Shown: piece after piece, positions 1 through 12,566 of the stretch | Layout of the letters: each line of letters starts with the position of its first letter | How positions within the stretch are numbered: the first letter of the stretch is position 1 | NCBI GenBank assembly: GCA_950097015.1 | Contig: CATNEN010000025.1 | Coordinates: 3,844,001 to 3,908,000 of the forward strand | Length of the DNA stretch: 64,000 bases | Source: Macrostomum hystrix | Taxonomy: Eukaryota > Animalia > Platyhelminthes | Direction of reading: 5' to 3' | Notes under the pieces: model-generated | Database searches by the model: none | What the model saw: only the letters and a program-made list of their open reading frames with translations | What the model was told of the DNA's origin: nothing | Made by a program: the position numbers and the translations under genes

Positions 1-1024
1 GATATTCAGCGGTTCTCGTCGAAGACACTGGTGACAAGGACACCTAACATAGCCTGTGTCCTGGGTTTTCTTGGCGATTGGTTGAATATTTTTGGAGATA
101 CCCCGTGGTCATTCTACTGTTTAACAAATGTTTTAATAAAGCGCAGGCCTCAATAAGACCTCTCTCTTGAGAAAAGTAACTGTACAATCTCTGAACACTT
201 TCAGCTAGCGAGGTGTTTAACAAAACCAGGAACAGCAGTCAAAGCGTTTGTCACGTACAGTACATTGGCGACCCGCTTTTAGCGGAACAAACGCTTTTAT
301 TTATTATTTGTAAAAGATACGGCTACAAAAATGCTACTAGGAGAAGCAATGCGCTAAAATGCAACACAAGACTTGGCTGACAGGGGCGCAATTCGCAAAA
401 AAAGATTTTATGTAATTTTGACAAAAATAAAAGTAAAAAAGCGCATTATGTAAGGAAAATAAATGCTTCACATGCGGCGGTTTCGAAGTTTCCAAGAAAT
501 AGGCGAGAATGGTCTCAAGATTAAAGAAAGAGCAAAAAATATTGAGTTGTAAAACGTGACGATTCAGGCAGGAGCTTTGAACACTTTTCGAACGTCTTAT
601 TTGGCTCTAGAATCGTTTCTCGTACTAATTTTGAACGTTTACAACTTGCTCCGTTCCACTTATTAGTATAATACGACTTTAAACTAGTCAACCAGTGTTA
701 AACATATCATCAGATCGACGAACAAAAAATGGAAGAACGACACTTTGGTTCGAGTCAAGAAACAAGTGTTAATATAATAAGCGTTAGATTAGTCAGCTTT
801 TTAGGATGAAATAGCTTAATCGCAACCGTTGGTGCGCTCAAAAAAGCCATTCAAGTATTTGGTGATTTCCTCGCAGGTGTAGTACCAGCGACGATCACTG
901 CGGTCCACCTTATCTGGGTGGTAGTGCAGCAGGGCCATTGTCAGGCGCTTCATCGTGGGCAGGCTCAGATCCGGCGTTTCCCTGAAGTGTTTGAGGTTAC
1001 AGGCCTTAACAATAGAAAGAGAAC

Positions 1025-1275
1025 GGGGCTGTTTCAAATAGTCACTGCCTACTTCACGATGGGGCTGTTTCAAATAGTCACTGCCTACTTCACGATGGGG
1101 CTGTTTCAAATAGTCACTGCCTACTTCACGATGGGGCTGTTTCAAATAGTCACTGCCTACTTCACGATGGGGCTGTTTCAAATAGTCACTGCCTACTTCA
1201 CGATGGGGCTGTTTCAAATAGTCACTGCCTACTTCACGATGGGGCTGTTTCAAATAGTCACTGCCTACTTCACGA
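1025..1275. repeat. 36-bp minisatellite, 7 near-perfect copies
   Basis: Unit GGGGCTGTTTCAAATAGTCACTGCCTACTTCACGAT read directly; lies in the last intron of the TPR/J gene. Confidence 0.97.
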
Positions 1276-1794
1276 ACCGAATGACCGAATGACCGATTCT
1301 CGTGAAAGTACACCCTTTTTTGATGAACTAACTTTCAAAGCCGTCCGACGGTGAGCATTGTAGAGATACTCAGCAATTATTGTCGAAGACCATCGTGACA
1401 AGGACAACTAAAATTGCACTGTATAAACCTCTATATGGCGAGTCCATGTTGGTTCAAAAGTGTGAAAAACTAAAACAATTTAATCAATCCAAAATAGTCA
1501 ACAATTAAGGCCGACATGATTGCATGATGAAATTTCGTGAGTAGATAAATTATGCCTATATTTGTGGTTTTCACCTCCAGGCACCCTGATGAGAATCTTT
1601 GAATATCTCGACGATGCCGATGTTCTGTGATTCTGAAAGTTGTTTCATCGGATAGAGCGGAAAATTGTAGCTTAAATTCTGGATTTTCGTGGCAATTGGT
1701 TGAATGTTTTGGGAGATACAGAAAAAGAGAAGTGTGGGTATTTGAAATACCCCGTAGTCTTTCTAATTTCAAATGTACTCGTAATAAACTTATA

Positions 1795-2078
1795 ATTACT
1801 GATTAAACCTGCCCCAATTGGGTCAGATGTGCAGCCGACAGCACATTGCGCGGCGCATCTGAAGGCTGTGTACGGCTGTTCAGTCCATGGACTGTGAGAG
1901 AAGCCACACACCCTCAATTACCCCAGGTGATGCTGGTACCCATTTACCAGCTGTGTTAACTGAAGCAATGCAGAGTTAAGTGTCTTGCTAAAGGACACAA
2001 ATTGTTCCAGTGGAGTCGGGAATCGAACCCCCGACCTGCAAACCGAGAGTCCTAAGCTCTAGCCACTAGACTAAAACC
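1795..2078 (-). mobile_element. tRNA-derived SINE, copy 1
   Basis: Minus strand begins with a tRNA-like head (A-box TAGTCTAGTGG, B-box GGTTCGATTCC), then GTGTCCTTTAGCAAGACACTTAAC central block and an AT-rich tail; homologous to copies at 22.3, 49.5 and 55.7 kb. Confidence 0.9.
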
Positions 2079-2471
2079 GACTTTAACTGTGCAACCTGAT
2101 CAAAGAAGAGCTTAGAAGGCAGAGAAACAAGAGAGAAGCACACAATGTGCATTTACCTAGGCGGTTGTCCCGCAGCAAGAAGCCTAGGCGGGAATTTCTT
2201 GTAGATGTAGACAATGAAGTGCTCGCTGCCTTGCTCGGAGTTCCTCTTGACGTCAGCCAGAATGCCGGCCGCTACCAGTTCGGCCAAGCGCTCTTCGTCA
2301 CGCCGTTTAGCCCGCCGCTCCTAATTATGATTCACGGGAAGCAGATATTAGATAAGCAGACAAGAGAGATGCTAGATTAGATGAGCTAAAAACTCATTTG
2401 GTTTGCAGCTCAATGGGGGGGTCGGTGGCAGAGCGGTGGCTGCGTACCAGGACATGTCGCGACAGCCGGCC

Positions 2472-2790
2472 AGATCTGGGGATATTTTGAGACACAAAGG
2501 AGATCTGGGGATATTTTGAGACACTCTGGAGATTTGGGGATATTTTGAGACACTCTGGAGATTTGGGGATATTTTGAGGCACAAAGGAGATCTGGGGATA
2601 TTTTGAGACACAAAGGAGATCTGGGGATATTTTGAGACACTCTGGAGATCTGGGGATATTTTGAGACACTCTGGAGATCTGGGGATATTTGATACGCGCA
2701 GGAAATCTAGGGATATTGAGATACCATGAGATCTGGGGATATTTTTGACATCCAGGTAATCTAGGGGTATTTTGAGACACTTGGGGCTCG
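2472..2790. repeat. ~29-bp minisatellite
   Basis: Unit GATCTGGGGATATTTTGAGACACTCTGGA and variants, about 10 copies, degenerating rightwards. Confidence 0.93.
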
Positions 2791-3191
2791 TGGATAATCG
2801 GACCTGATTATGATTGTAGTCTGATAATCCGGGTAGGGTGATGCATTGATACCAGGCAGTCACATAATCAGACTCACCCGCAGTCGTTCGACAGCGTCCA
2901 GTGCCTCGTTCTCCTTTGACCAGCACCGAAATCACCCAGATTCTGTGTCAGCTGGCGGCCAATTTGCAGTTCGCTGCGACTGCGAAAGATGGCCTCCTGA
3001 AGGCGTTGGTCCTCGCGTAGAGTGGCCAGCTCCGATTCCATGCAGCAGTAGATGTCCATGTTGCGCAAGACCAGTTGCTCGGCTTCCTGGTTGGAAAAAC
3101 TCATTTTGGCTATGAATTGCTTGGCCTTCGAATAATTCACAGCCTTGTCCAGTGACACTGATAGCCTGAGCAGTCGGCTTGAGTAGTCCAA

Positions 3192-3575
3192 GAACAGAGT
3201 GGTGAGGTTGGTGGGAACAGAGTGGTGAGGTTGGTGGGAACAGAGTGGTCAGTAAGCGTGGGAACAGAGTGGTGAGGTTGGTGGGAACAGAGTGGTGAGG
3301 TTGGTGGGAACAGAGTGGTGAGGTTGGTGGGAACAGAGTGGTGAGGTTGGTGGGAACAGAGTGGTCAGTAGCGTGGGAACAGAGTGGTGAGGTTGGTGGG
3401 AACAGAGTGGTGAGGTTGGTGGGAACAGAGTGGTGAGGTTGGTGGGAACAGAGTGGTGAGGTGGGTGGGAACAGAGTGGTGAGGTGGGTGGGAACAGAGT
3501 GGTGAGGTTGGTGGGAACAGAGTGGTGAGGTGGGTGGGAACAGAGTGGTCAGGAGGGTGGGAACAGAGTGGTGAG
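3192..3575. repeat. 23-bp minisatellite
   Basis: Unit GGGAACAGAGTGGTGAGGTTGGT, about 16 copies; directly abuts coding-like sequence at 3191. Confidence 0.95.
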
Positions 3576-4339
3576 GATATACTCATGCAAGGGGACTTTT
3601 GAGCAATCCCAAAGCAATCTTGGCGCACTTGGAAGAACTAATTAGTAGGCAGACGCATTCCAGATTGTTAATCAGCCTCTCGTCTGTCTCGCAGCTGAGC
3701 GTCAGCTCGAACATAATACGCAGGTCGCAAGCCAGATGTTGTATGAAGCGCTCCACCCAGTTTGTCGGCTTCGTTGGAATCGGATTTGTACCAATAGCTG
3801 GCGTTGCGCCAGGCCTCTGCGTAATGCTCCAAGCTGTGACGCATGTGGCCCCAGGCACGGCTGCAATGATTCTCGGACCATTCTAATTGGCACAGGGCTT
3901 TGTGCACTATAGCGCTATTTTTGTGACAGAGACTGCGGTCTTTGGGCACCCTGGCGGCGGCCGATGCGGCCTTGTAAATATCCAACGATGTCCAATAATG
4001 CTTGAGCTTGTTGGTGGCTCTTTGATAAGAATAAATGGCTAGACTAAAATGATCGTTTCCTTGACGGCGAAGCTTGTCACTCTCGATCTCAATGCAGGAC
4101 ATGCAGGCTGATTGCAGGTTTTTAAAAGACGATAGCTAAAATTTGCTGCCAAATTGACTACTTATCTCTCTCTGTGGCTCGTGAACTGCAAATTTTAACA
4201 TAACGGTTAGCAAATTAGTTGCCTGTCAGCAGTACAGAGCTTTTCCAGTTCTTTTAATTTCAGTCTATCAGACTTCATTGAGACTAATTTATTTTTTTGG
4301 TTAGTTCTTATACTACTGGTTGTTGAATTATTTATTTGT

Positions 4340-5345
4340 TGAGTGCGAATCTCAAGGAGTTGGTGAGAGCGACTCTCATGGAGTTGTGGAGAGCGACTCT
4401 CATGGAGTTGTTGAGTGCGACTCTCATGGAGTTGTTGAGTGCGACTCTCATGGAGTTGTGGAGAGCGACTCTCATGGAGTTGTGGAGAGCGACTCTCATG
4501 GAGTTGTTGAGTGGGACTCTCATGGAGTTGTTGAGTGGGACTCTCATGGAGTTGTTGAGTGCGACTCTCATGGAGTTGTTGAGTGCGAATCTCATGGAGT
4601 TGTTGAGTGCGACTCTCATGGAGTTGTTGAGTGCGACTCTCATGGAGTTGTTGAGTGCGACTCTCATGGAGTTGTTGAGTGCGACTCTCATGGAGTTGTG
4701 GAGAGCGACTCTCATGGAGTTGTGGAGAGCGACTCTCATGGAGTTGTTGAGTGGGACTCTCATGGAGTTGTTGAGTGGGACTCTCATGGAGTTGTTGAGT
4801 GGGACTCTCATGGAGTTGTTGAGTGCGACTCTCATGGAGTTGTTGAGTGCGACTCTCATGGAGTTGTTGAGTGCGAATCTCATGGAGGTGTTGAGTGCGA
4901 CTCTCATGGAGGTGTTGAGTGCGACTCTCATGGAGGTGTTGAGTGCGACTCTCATGGAGTTGTTGAGTGCGACTCTCATGGAGTTGTTGAGTGCGACTCT
5001 CATGGAGGTGTTGAGTGCGACTCTCATGGAGTTGTTGAGTGCGACTCTCATGGAGGTGTTGAGTGCGACTCTCATGGAGTTGTTGAGTGCGACTCTCATG
5101 GAGGTGTTGAGAGCGACTCTCATGGAGTTGTTGAGTGCGACTCTCATGGAGTTGTTGAGTGCGACTCTCATGGAGGTGTTGAGTGCGACTCTCATGGAGT
5201 TGTTGAGTGCGACTCTCATGGAGTTGTTGAGTGCGAATCTCAAGGAATTGGTCAGAGCGACTCTCATGGAGGTGTTGAGAGCGACTTTCGTGTGGAGTTG
5301 TTGAGTACGAATCTTATGGAGTTGTTGAGGGTCACTCAAAGGGGA
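4340..5345. repeat. 24-bp minisatellite
   Basis: Unit GAGTGCGACTCTCATGGAGTTGTT, about 41 copies; source of three spurious 320-370 aa ORFs. Confidence 0.97.
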
Positions 5346-6359
5346 GTTGTTGAGGGCGACTCACTGGTGTGTGAGTCACATGATGTGACAGGCTGTCTAC
5401 CTGCCTACAGATTACATTATAACTAAAATGATTTGAATAGTGTGATTTAAAAAAAGAAATTAAGAACTTAAATCCAGGACAAGGCCATTAGACAATGTGA
5501 ATAAGATGCCTTGAAATTTAGTAAGCGGGTGGGACACCGAGATGTGTTTAGTATTTTTTAAAGATTTTTTCATGCTTCGAAAATACAGAGCGATGAAGTT
5601 AAATTGCAATTATAGATTGAATAAGAGAAAAGTAAAAATGCGTTTTAACGGTGTCAAGTGGTGGGCTAAATGGACAGCGCCGCAGTTCCAATCCATTCCC
5701 AAGTGAAAAGCATGGCGGAACACATTCGGATACACCGGAGTTGTTGCTTAGCGGCCAAATATAAGAATAAACTAATTTGATTAGACAAGCGAGTGAAGTA
5801 CACGATGACCTCCTGAATTACTACTCACTTATTCATAACAGCAGTGAATAAATAGGCATAAGACAGACTTAGTACGATAGGGTTGGGTAGACAGACCAAG
5901 AGTACATCGAATGGCTGACGACACAAAATTGCTAAAAAATATAGAGATATACGCACATATACTTATTACGATAGGACAGTTTGTGGAAAATGTTACAACT
6001 GATAAGAGAATAGTAGAGCAAGTGGCCATAATAGATAAAATAACCGATTGGTTGCAGCAGATCGAATGCGTCAACGCGGGTCCTCAGCCTTACCCATTCT
6101 TCACAGGAGTTTCTTCAATTGGTTTGTCATTTAGCACACGAAATCAATTTACAGCTGAGATTGAGTAATAGAACACCACGCACACCCCAGCTACTTTAGT
6201 ACATATCGTACAGTCTGTTGATTTGATTATACAAGTTTAGTTGTAAAAGAGCCGAACACACAACAGAAAATTGATTAGACAAAAATTGGTGTCAAAAGTT
6301 ATCGCTTTTACCTTGCGCCTTTTTATCGCGTTAAGAAGAGGGCCGCATGAAAACACGAG

Positions 6360-7061
6360 TTACTTATTCTCAGTGTTGTCGTGTGTATGCCAGGTAAGTC
6401 GCTCCTCATAGAAGCGAATCACCACCTGGGGACACTTGATGTTGGCCTCGCGAGCCGGCACAAGGTCGGCTTCGTCGTGATTTTTCCATTTCATTAGAAA
6501 CATTAGCTCGCCGCTGGAGTCGGTGGCGCCAACAATGCGATCAGCCTGCATGCCCCTGGCGAAGCCGCGCAATTTGGCGGCATTGCTCAAAGCCGGCCCG
6601 TCCGAGTCGCCGGCCTTGTCCTCCTTGGACTTCTTGCTAGAAGGAGCGCCGGTGCCGCTGCTGCCCTTGTCGCCCTTTCGACTGGGACCGGCGTCCGAGT
6701 CGACAGCGGAGCGCCGCTTCTTCTCAGCAGGCGCCGACGATGCTGGCTGCTGCTGCTGCTGCTGCTTCTCGTGCTTCTTTTTCTCCCGGTTGGATTCAAA
6801 TTCGGCAACAATTTCCGGACAGTCGCAGTTCTCTTCCGGCTCCCAGGTGTTGTCCGAGTGCGGATAATTCTTCCATTTAATAAGGTACTCCTTCTTGCCG
6901 TTGCGCATCCGGCTGTCCATGATCTTCTCTACCTGGTACTCGTCTGCATCTTCTTCTTCAATATCGGCGTCAACATCGGCGGCGGCTGGGCCGGACGTGG
7001 TTGTGGGCTCATCTTCGGTTTCGCCGCGTGAGAACTCATCAGATTTGTGCTTCTCGGGCAT
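6360..7061 (-). CDS. HP1: Heterochromatin protein 1 (chromobox CBX1/3/5 family), intronless
   Basis: Chromodomain [41 protein letters not shown]; basic/polyQ hinge; chromoshadow [29 protein letters not shown]...[20 protein letters not shown]. Start taken at MPEKH (7061); an in-frame ATG at 7112 is the alternative. Confidence 0.97.
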   Translation of the reverse strand: MPEKHKSDEFSRGETEDEPTTTSGPAAADVDADIEEEDADEYQVEKIMDSRMRNGKKEYLIKWKNYPHSDNTWEPEENCDCPEIVAEFESNREKKKHEKQQQQQQPASSAPAEKKRRSAVDSDAGPSRKGDKGSSGTGAPSSKKSKEDKAGDSDGPALSNAAKLRGFARGMQADRIVGATDSSGELMFLMKWKNHDEADLVPAREANIKCPQVVIRFYEERLTWHTHDNTENK

Positions 7062-10000
7062 GTCGACTAACTTTAGCTGAGGATTGTCACAATTAGCTAG
7101 TTCGTTATGCATGACTTTGAGTTAAAAGGAAGCTACAATATTTTGCCCTATTCGGTCCTATTCTGGTAATATTCTATAATTTAGAATTTATACAAGTTAT
7201 ATTTAGGTCCGATTTAATATACCCAATTCTAGTGCAACCTGTACAGTTTGACATATTTTTTATATAGTAACAAACGAATAATAAACAGAAATGTTTACTT
7301 TTTGGAAATAAATAAATCAGGAAATTTGTTTAAACAGGACCTTTTTAAATAATCTACACTGAATGTAGCATTATCTAAATATTTGGTATTAAATTCCCTC
7401 TCTATTAACCTGTTTTTAATCAATTTCTCTCCCACTTAGGCATAAAAATTAGATGCAATCATTCATTTTCTAAAAAAGTGAGTACTCTGAACAGTCTCTC
7501 TTGTTATCTCTTGATTTGTCTTGATTAATTAAATAAATATCCATAGGAAACTTTGAAAAAGTGCTGACTAATACTTGTAATTTTTTTAGTAATTTCCAGA
7601 TTTTCAGAGTCAGTCACATAGTATGAATTTAGTTTCCCCACTACCAATCACAAATGTTGCTGCTTCATCTAAGGTAATAACTGACTGAATGCCAGAGCAG
7701 CCAAATAATTGCCACTCAGAGTGATACTGTTTCTATAGCTCTCTATTAACTTGTCAAAGCTAGTTTTTTAAACTGGCATCAAGCAATTCTTGTCTAGCTA
7801 CATCAATGACTTTTTCCTATTTGTTGAAGATGCCAAGTTGCACTTTGGTATTTTGATGCTAAACAGCCAAAACAAAGGCCAAGCATGTAAAATTGCAAAA
7901 GCCTCTTAAACAAATAATTTAATCCAAAATGCTTTATGTTTTTCTTCACTGAACAAAAAGAGAAATAGAGAATTTTTAAGACATTATAGGGAGTTGATAC
8001 TAGGCCTAGCTCATTAAACTTACTGTCGCTTATCTCATTCAATAATGCCTAGTTCTAAAGAAATATGTACATGTGTGTATATGTACATGCTGTAAACAAT
8101 GTGTGTGTACATGCTGTTAATTTAAAAACACTGGCTAAACACACAATTCTTTGGATAGGGCCTACTCATTGCATTGCAGTTTGCTACAGAGAGATAAGTT
8201 GAGGATGTCATTCAAGGGGCATCAGCAAGAGTGGTGACACCATTAGCAGTCTGAGACTAAAAAACCTAGAACCAAGTGAACACCAAATGCTGAGCAAACC
8301 TTACTTATGGTCTAAGTTGTCATTTAGAAGACAAATGTTAAGTTATTTTGTAGTTGTGCCTTTCTTTAAGCATAGGCCTAGTATATGATAATTGGTCCAA
8401 ACTATAATGTATTTTGGTCAGCTTAATTCTTATCACTTAAATAATTTAGAGCATGAATTCTGAATTATATTTTTAGCATCAATATGTTAAACTTTTTCGA
8501 GTAAAACAGATAGATATTGTGTGTTAAAATATTAAATGAAATCAAAGCTGATTTTTTTGGCCTGTAGCATGTGATGTGGGAAAACAAATAGTGAAATACA
8601 ATTGGGCCATCGGTCATCAGTTCTCTAAAACATAAAAAAATAAAGCCCATAGGCCCTAGTAAGTATAATGTGCGATAGTGATAGGTCATTAATCGTTTTG
8701 GCTGTCTTTCTGTGATTCCATGGAGTAATGGGCATCAGCAAATTGTTTTCTATCGCGGCTTTCTTCAACAGCCAAGGCGAAGGCTAATCGGCTGCGGGAT
8801 CTTCAGGTAACGAAATATTTTGCAAACTGGATTAAATGTTTCGTGTGAACACAGCTATCTATGGAATGGTCTGAATTTAGCTCTCAATTAAGAACGCACA
8901 AGTGGACGTAAGGTAGTCCTATTGCACTTTGAACGATCGTACGAATCAAGTCAAACCCTGAATGGAAATTATGGAGCGCGTTGTAATTGTAAGTCAAGGT
9001 TACCCAAAATCCAAGCATGCTATAAAAACGAAACATGATTTCTATATTACTATATTATTCAAACGAGATTTACTTGATTACAACCAAAAACTGTTATTTC
9101 ATATTTAAAATTTGTTAAAGCCATTAGCTTTAAATATATCTGATCGATTTTTATCTGGTCATTAAAAACTGAAACTTAAATTGCACTACAAATTTAAACT
9201 TTCTTTACGCAGGTCCTTCACTGGTGCGACGTAGACATAATAATCAATGCAGGGACAACTAAAACAACCATATTTTCATAAAAAATCAGCAGGCCAAGCT
9301 ATAGATAACGAATTTTATGCAATTTTATGTCTGAATGAGTCAGAATGACTCTGAGTAACTCATGATAAATAAACGAATATATAATGAAGATCAAATATTC
9401 ACAAATAAAGCCTTCTAAAATTCGTTGAAACAAACCACAGATACTATAATAACTAGATAGTTATTATAGTAACACTACAATGTGAAAAGTTTCTATCTCG
9501 CTAGTGCATTTTCCGAGAAAAATCTGCCTTTAACAGATTTTCCAAGAAACGAAGTGTCCCGTCCTTCTTCTAGTGGTCCTTGGACGCAATACTTTACGTT
9601 GAAGCTTAAGAATGCAATTCAGAATCCATTATTACCATACGTCAGTATTGAACCAATGCATCTTTCTTTCTAAATAAAAGCTGCTCGACAAATAGCAATG
9701 ATTTTAAGATTATCAAACTTTGTGCCGTTTAAATAATTAAGCATGTGCAGGCATCGTTCAGGTAGCTAGATGTTAACGCAGTAATAATTTTTTTCTATGG
9801 TCAACAAGCAGTCAATATGAATCAAAAGTACATCAATGACATCCAAGCAGCGGCCTCCGTGCAGCCGGCCTCCGTGAAGCCTGTCTCCCTGAAGCAAGGC
9901 AGACGTCATTATCGGACAAAATGCGACCCCAGCTGGATCGGAAGCCTGAATTATATTAATGATCAGCATATAGGTTTTGCCCTTTAAGTTGCGTCCGAAG

Positions 10001-11147
10001 GACTGATGAAGTCAGCTGATGACCTTTACGTGTCAAGGCTCGATTGCTAGTTTATTCATTGTTTGAAGCTGGATTCTATCTGCTCTTATACGAGCAGATG
10101 GCTCGTATTAAATATATTACTCATATAAGTAATACATTTTGTCTAGAATGAGTTGTCACACGTTTTACTCTAAGTATTGCGTTTGAATACTCGTTCGATA
10201 CATTGTTTTCCTTTGATTTAAATCACAGACCATCTTGAATGCCTAAAAGAAATATTTTATCATACTACCCATTCGCAGCAACCAAATTGAACAAACGAGC
10301 TAACTATGCATTAGATATTGTGTATCGCATAACTCGCTTAAACTTCGCTACGCTCACTGATTGTCTCTCTCACACTCAAATATATATTCTAACGATGGGG
10401 CCAGCTTAGGCTCTATAAGCTCAGAGGCCAGTCAGGCATCAAACCTAGCTGAGTTAATCTAACTTAGCACTATCATTGTCCATCATATCCCAGAGATATC
10501 GACTCAATTGTAGCCGTAAATAAGGCAACTGAAGTACGCTCGTAGAAATATATAATAGTTGTTCTTGGTTACTCTCTGTAGAAGGAAATTTTTGTGTGGT
10601 CAAATAATTTTTTCCCAATTTCATAATAACACACGTAACTGCCATACTGTGGCATCCCTGCCACGCTCTCGCGGATCGCGACCGATGAAATTATATCTAG
10701 GCTCGCAGTTCGTCAAGTGAAAGCTGGCACGAAATCTATACTGCACAGCGGACTAAAATAGATAAATCTTAGATATAAAATATAGCTGCATGAACGCACC
10801 ATGAGATAGATCGGCTTGATTTTTATAAATTATTATGTCCTCAACAGTTTTTATGAGCTTTTACAATATGTGTGCACTGTAATGTATTAAGATTATTAAT
10901 CTCAGAAACAATATGAACGCGCGTATGATACTATACTAGATATGATACTATGCTTGAACTAGATTGTTGAACAATAGTAATTTCGGAAAGTACGAGTACC
11001 AAAACCAAACATTGTTATACGATGATTAGAGCTAGGGGCGTATGAATAAACAACCAGAAGACTTTTGTGAATAAAGCATCGCGTTCCAATACCACAGAAA
11101 ATAACTTTTTTCGATAATTACCAACAAGCTGATCAAATTACGCCCAT

Positions 11148-12566
11148 TCATAAGTGCTTGTGCACAAAGTCAAACTTTGTGTAGAAGTTCAGGGGAATTT
11201 CGTGCGTTTTTACTGCTCCGTGCACACCGTAGTCCGCCAATGTGTTGTTCCAAAAGCGCTCACCCATGCACTGGAGAGTGAAATGCTGGAAGTTGTAGTG
11301 GAACTTGTTCACAAAGAATTCAAAGCGCTTATTTAGGACTGGAAGGTCTTCTACGCCCCAGATGCAAATCTGGCGCACTGCCTTGCCAGACCGACAGGGG
11401 TAAGCCATAACGCCAATGAACCAGTTCTTGTAGCGATTCAGAAACGGCTGCTTAACGTTGTCGGTCATTATTCCTGTCAAGTCGGCTCCAGGCACCTTCA
11501 AAACGTCAGGATTATGGTTTAATGAGGTGAAAAACGTCTCATCCGGACACGGCCAGCCACCGTACTTTCGCAGATGTTCAACGATCTGACGGCCAACACT
11601 CGAGAATGCGTACTCGACGAACCCCCGAGTGACGGTGATGTGAACAGAGCCTTTGTACCAGTTGATCTCCTTCTTAGTCCCATCAGGCAACTTCACTGAG
11701 AGCTGTGGTGTACCTCTGTGAATGCCAGCGTTCTCGATGTTGTTCGCGCCGTTCAGAGATTTCAGAATGCGCACAAGTTCCCGCATGGTGCGCAGCGGAT
11801 ACTCCTGGCCGACCAGGTTGATGAAGTAGCGCCACTTGCTGCTCATTGCGAGCAGACGCTCCATGCAGTGTAGGTCGGCCTCCAACACAGTGAAGGTGCC
11901 CCACACGACGTTGCTGCGGTTCTCAGACACAATCACGTTCGGGAAGCAGCTCGCGTAAGTTTGCACAGCCTGGAAGAACGCGTCACTCGATTTATTGTCC
12001 ACATGGAAGCAGTAAAAATGCTCTGGTCTGTAGACTGCTCTGAACAGCTTCTCGACTTGGTAGAAGTCTTTGAACACGACGAGTGAGAAGGCGATCGGAA
12101 AGTCGGCCTCCTCTTGACTCAACGTCTCAGTGACGTAGGTTCGACGAATGTCCTTGCAGTTGTTCACGGCCAAGTCTTTATCCAGTTTATAATCGCTAGG
12201 TACATCATTATAACTAATAAGCTGGTGGGCTCGCTTCTGCTCAGCCGGGTCACCTGCCAGCAGACGGTCGCAGGACAACTCCGTTACTTGATTACTGCGA
12301 CCGAGTTTCGCCTGCAGTTGCAGAGCTCCTTCGATAGACTGGCTGTCGGAAATAAACTCATCATTACCGAAATTGACCCTGTCATCGCGGTCCTTAGAGT
12401 GAGTGTCATTTTGCCGGTGACCTATAAAGCGGAACAACTGAGTCATGGACAGCAGGTAGGTGCCTGGCTGTCGCATCGATGTCATTACCAAAGCACCCAG
12501 CATTGCACCTACATTAAAGAGCAGCAGCCCGACTAGCAATGACTTGAGCTGCACGGATGGAAGCAT
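11148..12566 (-). CDS. GCNT: Core-2/I-branching beta-1,6-N-acetylglucosaminyltransferase (GT14), copy A, 472 aa, intronless
   Basis: N-terminal type II TM anchor (LLVGLLLFNVGAMLGALV); GT14 motifs EEADFPIAFSLVVFKD, YCFHVDNKS, WRYFINLVGQEYPLRT, CPDETFF, RQICIWGVEDL, VNKF. ATG at 12566 aligns with the ATG of copy B. Confidence 0.95.
   Translation of the reverse strand: MLPSVQLKSLLVGLLLFNVGAMLGALVMTSMRQPGTYLLSMTQLFRFIGHRQNDTHSKDRDDRVNFGNDEFISDSQSIEGALQLQAKLGRSNQVTELSCDRLLAGDPAEQKRAHQLISYNDVPSDYKLDKDLAVNNCKDIRRTYVTETLSQEEADFPIAFSLVVFKDFYQVEKLFRAVYRPEHFYCFHVDNKSSDAFFQAVQTYASCFPNVIVSENRSNVVWGTFTVLEADLHCMERLLAMSSKWRYFINLVGQEYPLRTMRELVRILKSLNGANNIENAGIHRGTPQLSVKLPDGTKKEINWYKGSVHITVTRGFVEYAFSSVGRQIVEHLRKYGGWPCPDETFFTSLNHNPDVLKVPGADLTGIMTDNVKQPFLNRYKNWFIGVMAYPCRSGKAVRQICIWGVEDLPVLNKRFEFFVNKFHYNFQHFTLQCMGERFWNNTLADYGVHGAVKTHEIPLNFYTKFDFVHKHL

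Larger units (their letters stand above)
816..4102 (-). pseudogene. TPR-like / helical protein with C-terminal J-domain-like (YHPDK) segment; apparently frameshifted (pseudogene or assembly indels)
   Basis: Coding-like pieces on the minus strand: 4102-~3590 (SDKLRRQGNDHFS..AI..Y..A, TPR-like; frame switch near 3765 from ...SNEADK to WVERFIQHLACDL), ~3191-2872 (DYSSRLLRL...LQEAIFRSRSELQIG), a small piece ~2470-2390, exon 2320-2157 (aattag|ERRAKRRDEERL...FIVYIYKKFPP|gtaaat) and exon 981-816 (ttcag|ETPDLSLPTMKRLTMALLHYHPDKVDRSDRRWYYTCEEITKYLN*). The last two exons join in phase 2; upstream junctions could not be resolved. Confidence 0.6.

Noticed and set aside
1583-1660. Hammerhead ribozyme candidate (CTGATGA-GAATC...GATTC-T-GAAA)
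   Set aside because: Extra base before GAAA, and no stem I/III or NUH cleavage site could be formed; other CTGANGA sites (e.g. ~10003, ~29723) also fail.
3570-3590. U12-type AT-AC donor (ATATCCTC) in the TPR/J gene
   Set aside because: Preceded by an in-frame stop, and the CCTC part belongs to the adjacent 23-bp repeat unit.
4320-5426. Three ORFs of 322-368 aa (DSHGVVEC, MRVALNNS and LMELLSAT repeats)
   Set aside because: Products of a stop-free 24-bp minisatellite on both strands; no splice context or unique coding flank.
5829-6168. 85-aa and 81-aa ORFs downstream of HP1
   Set aside because: AT-rich, no recognisable motif, non-canonical or weak starts; likely HP1 3' UTR/intergenic.
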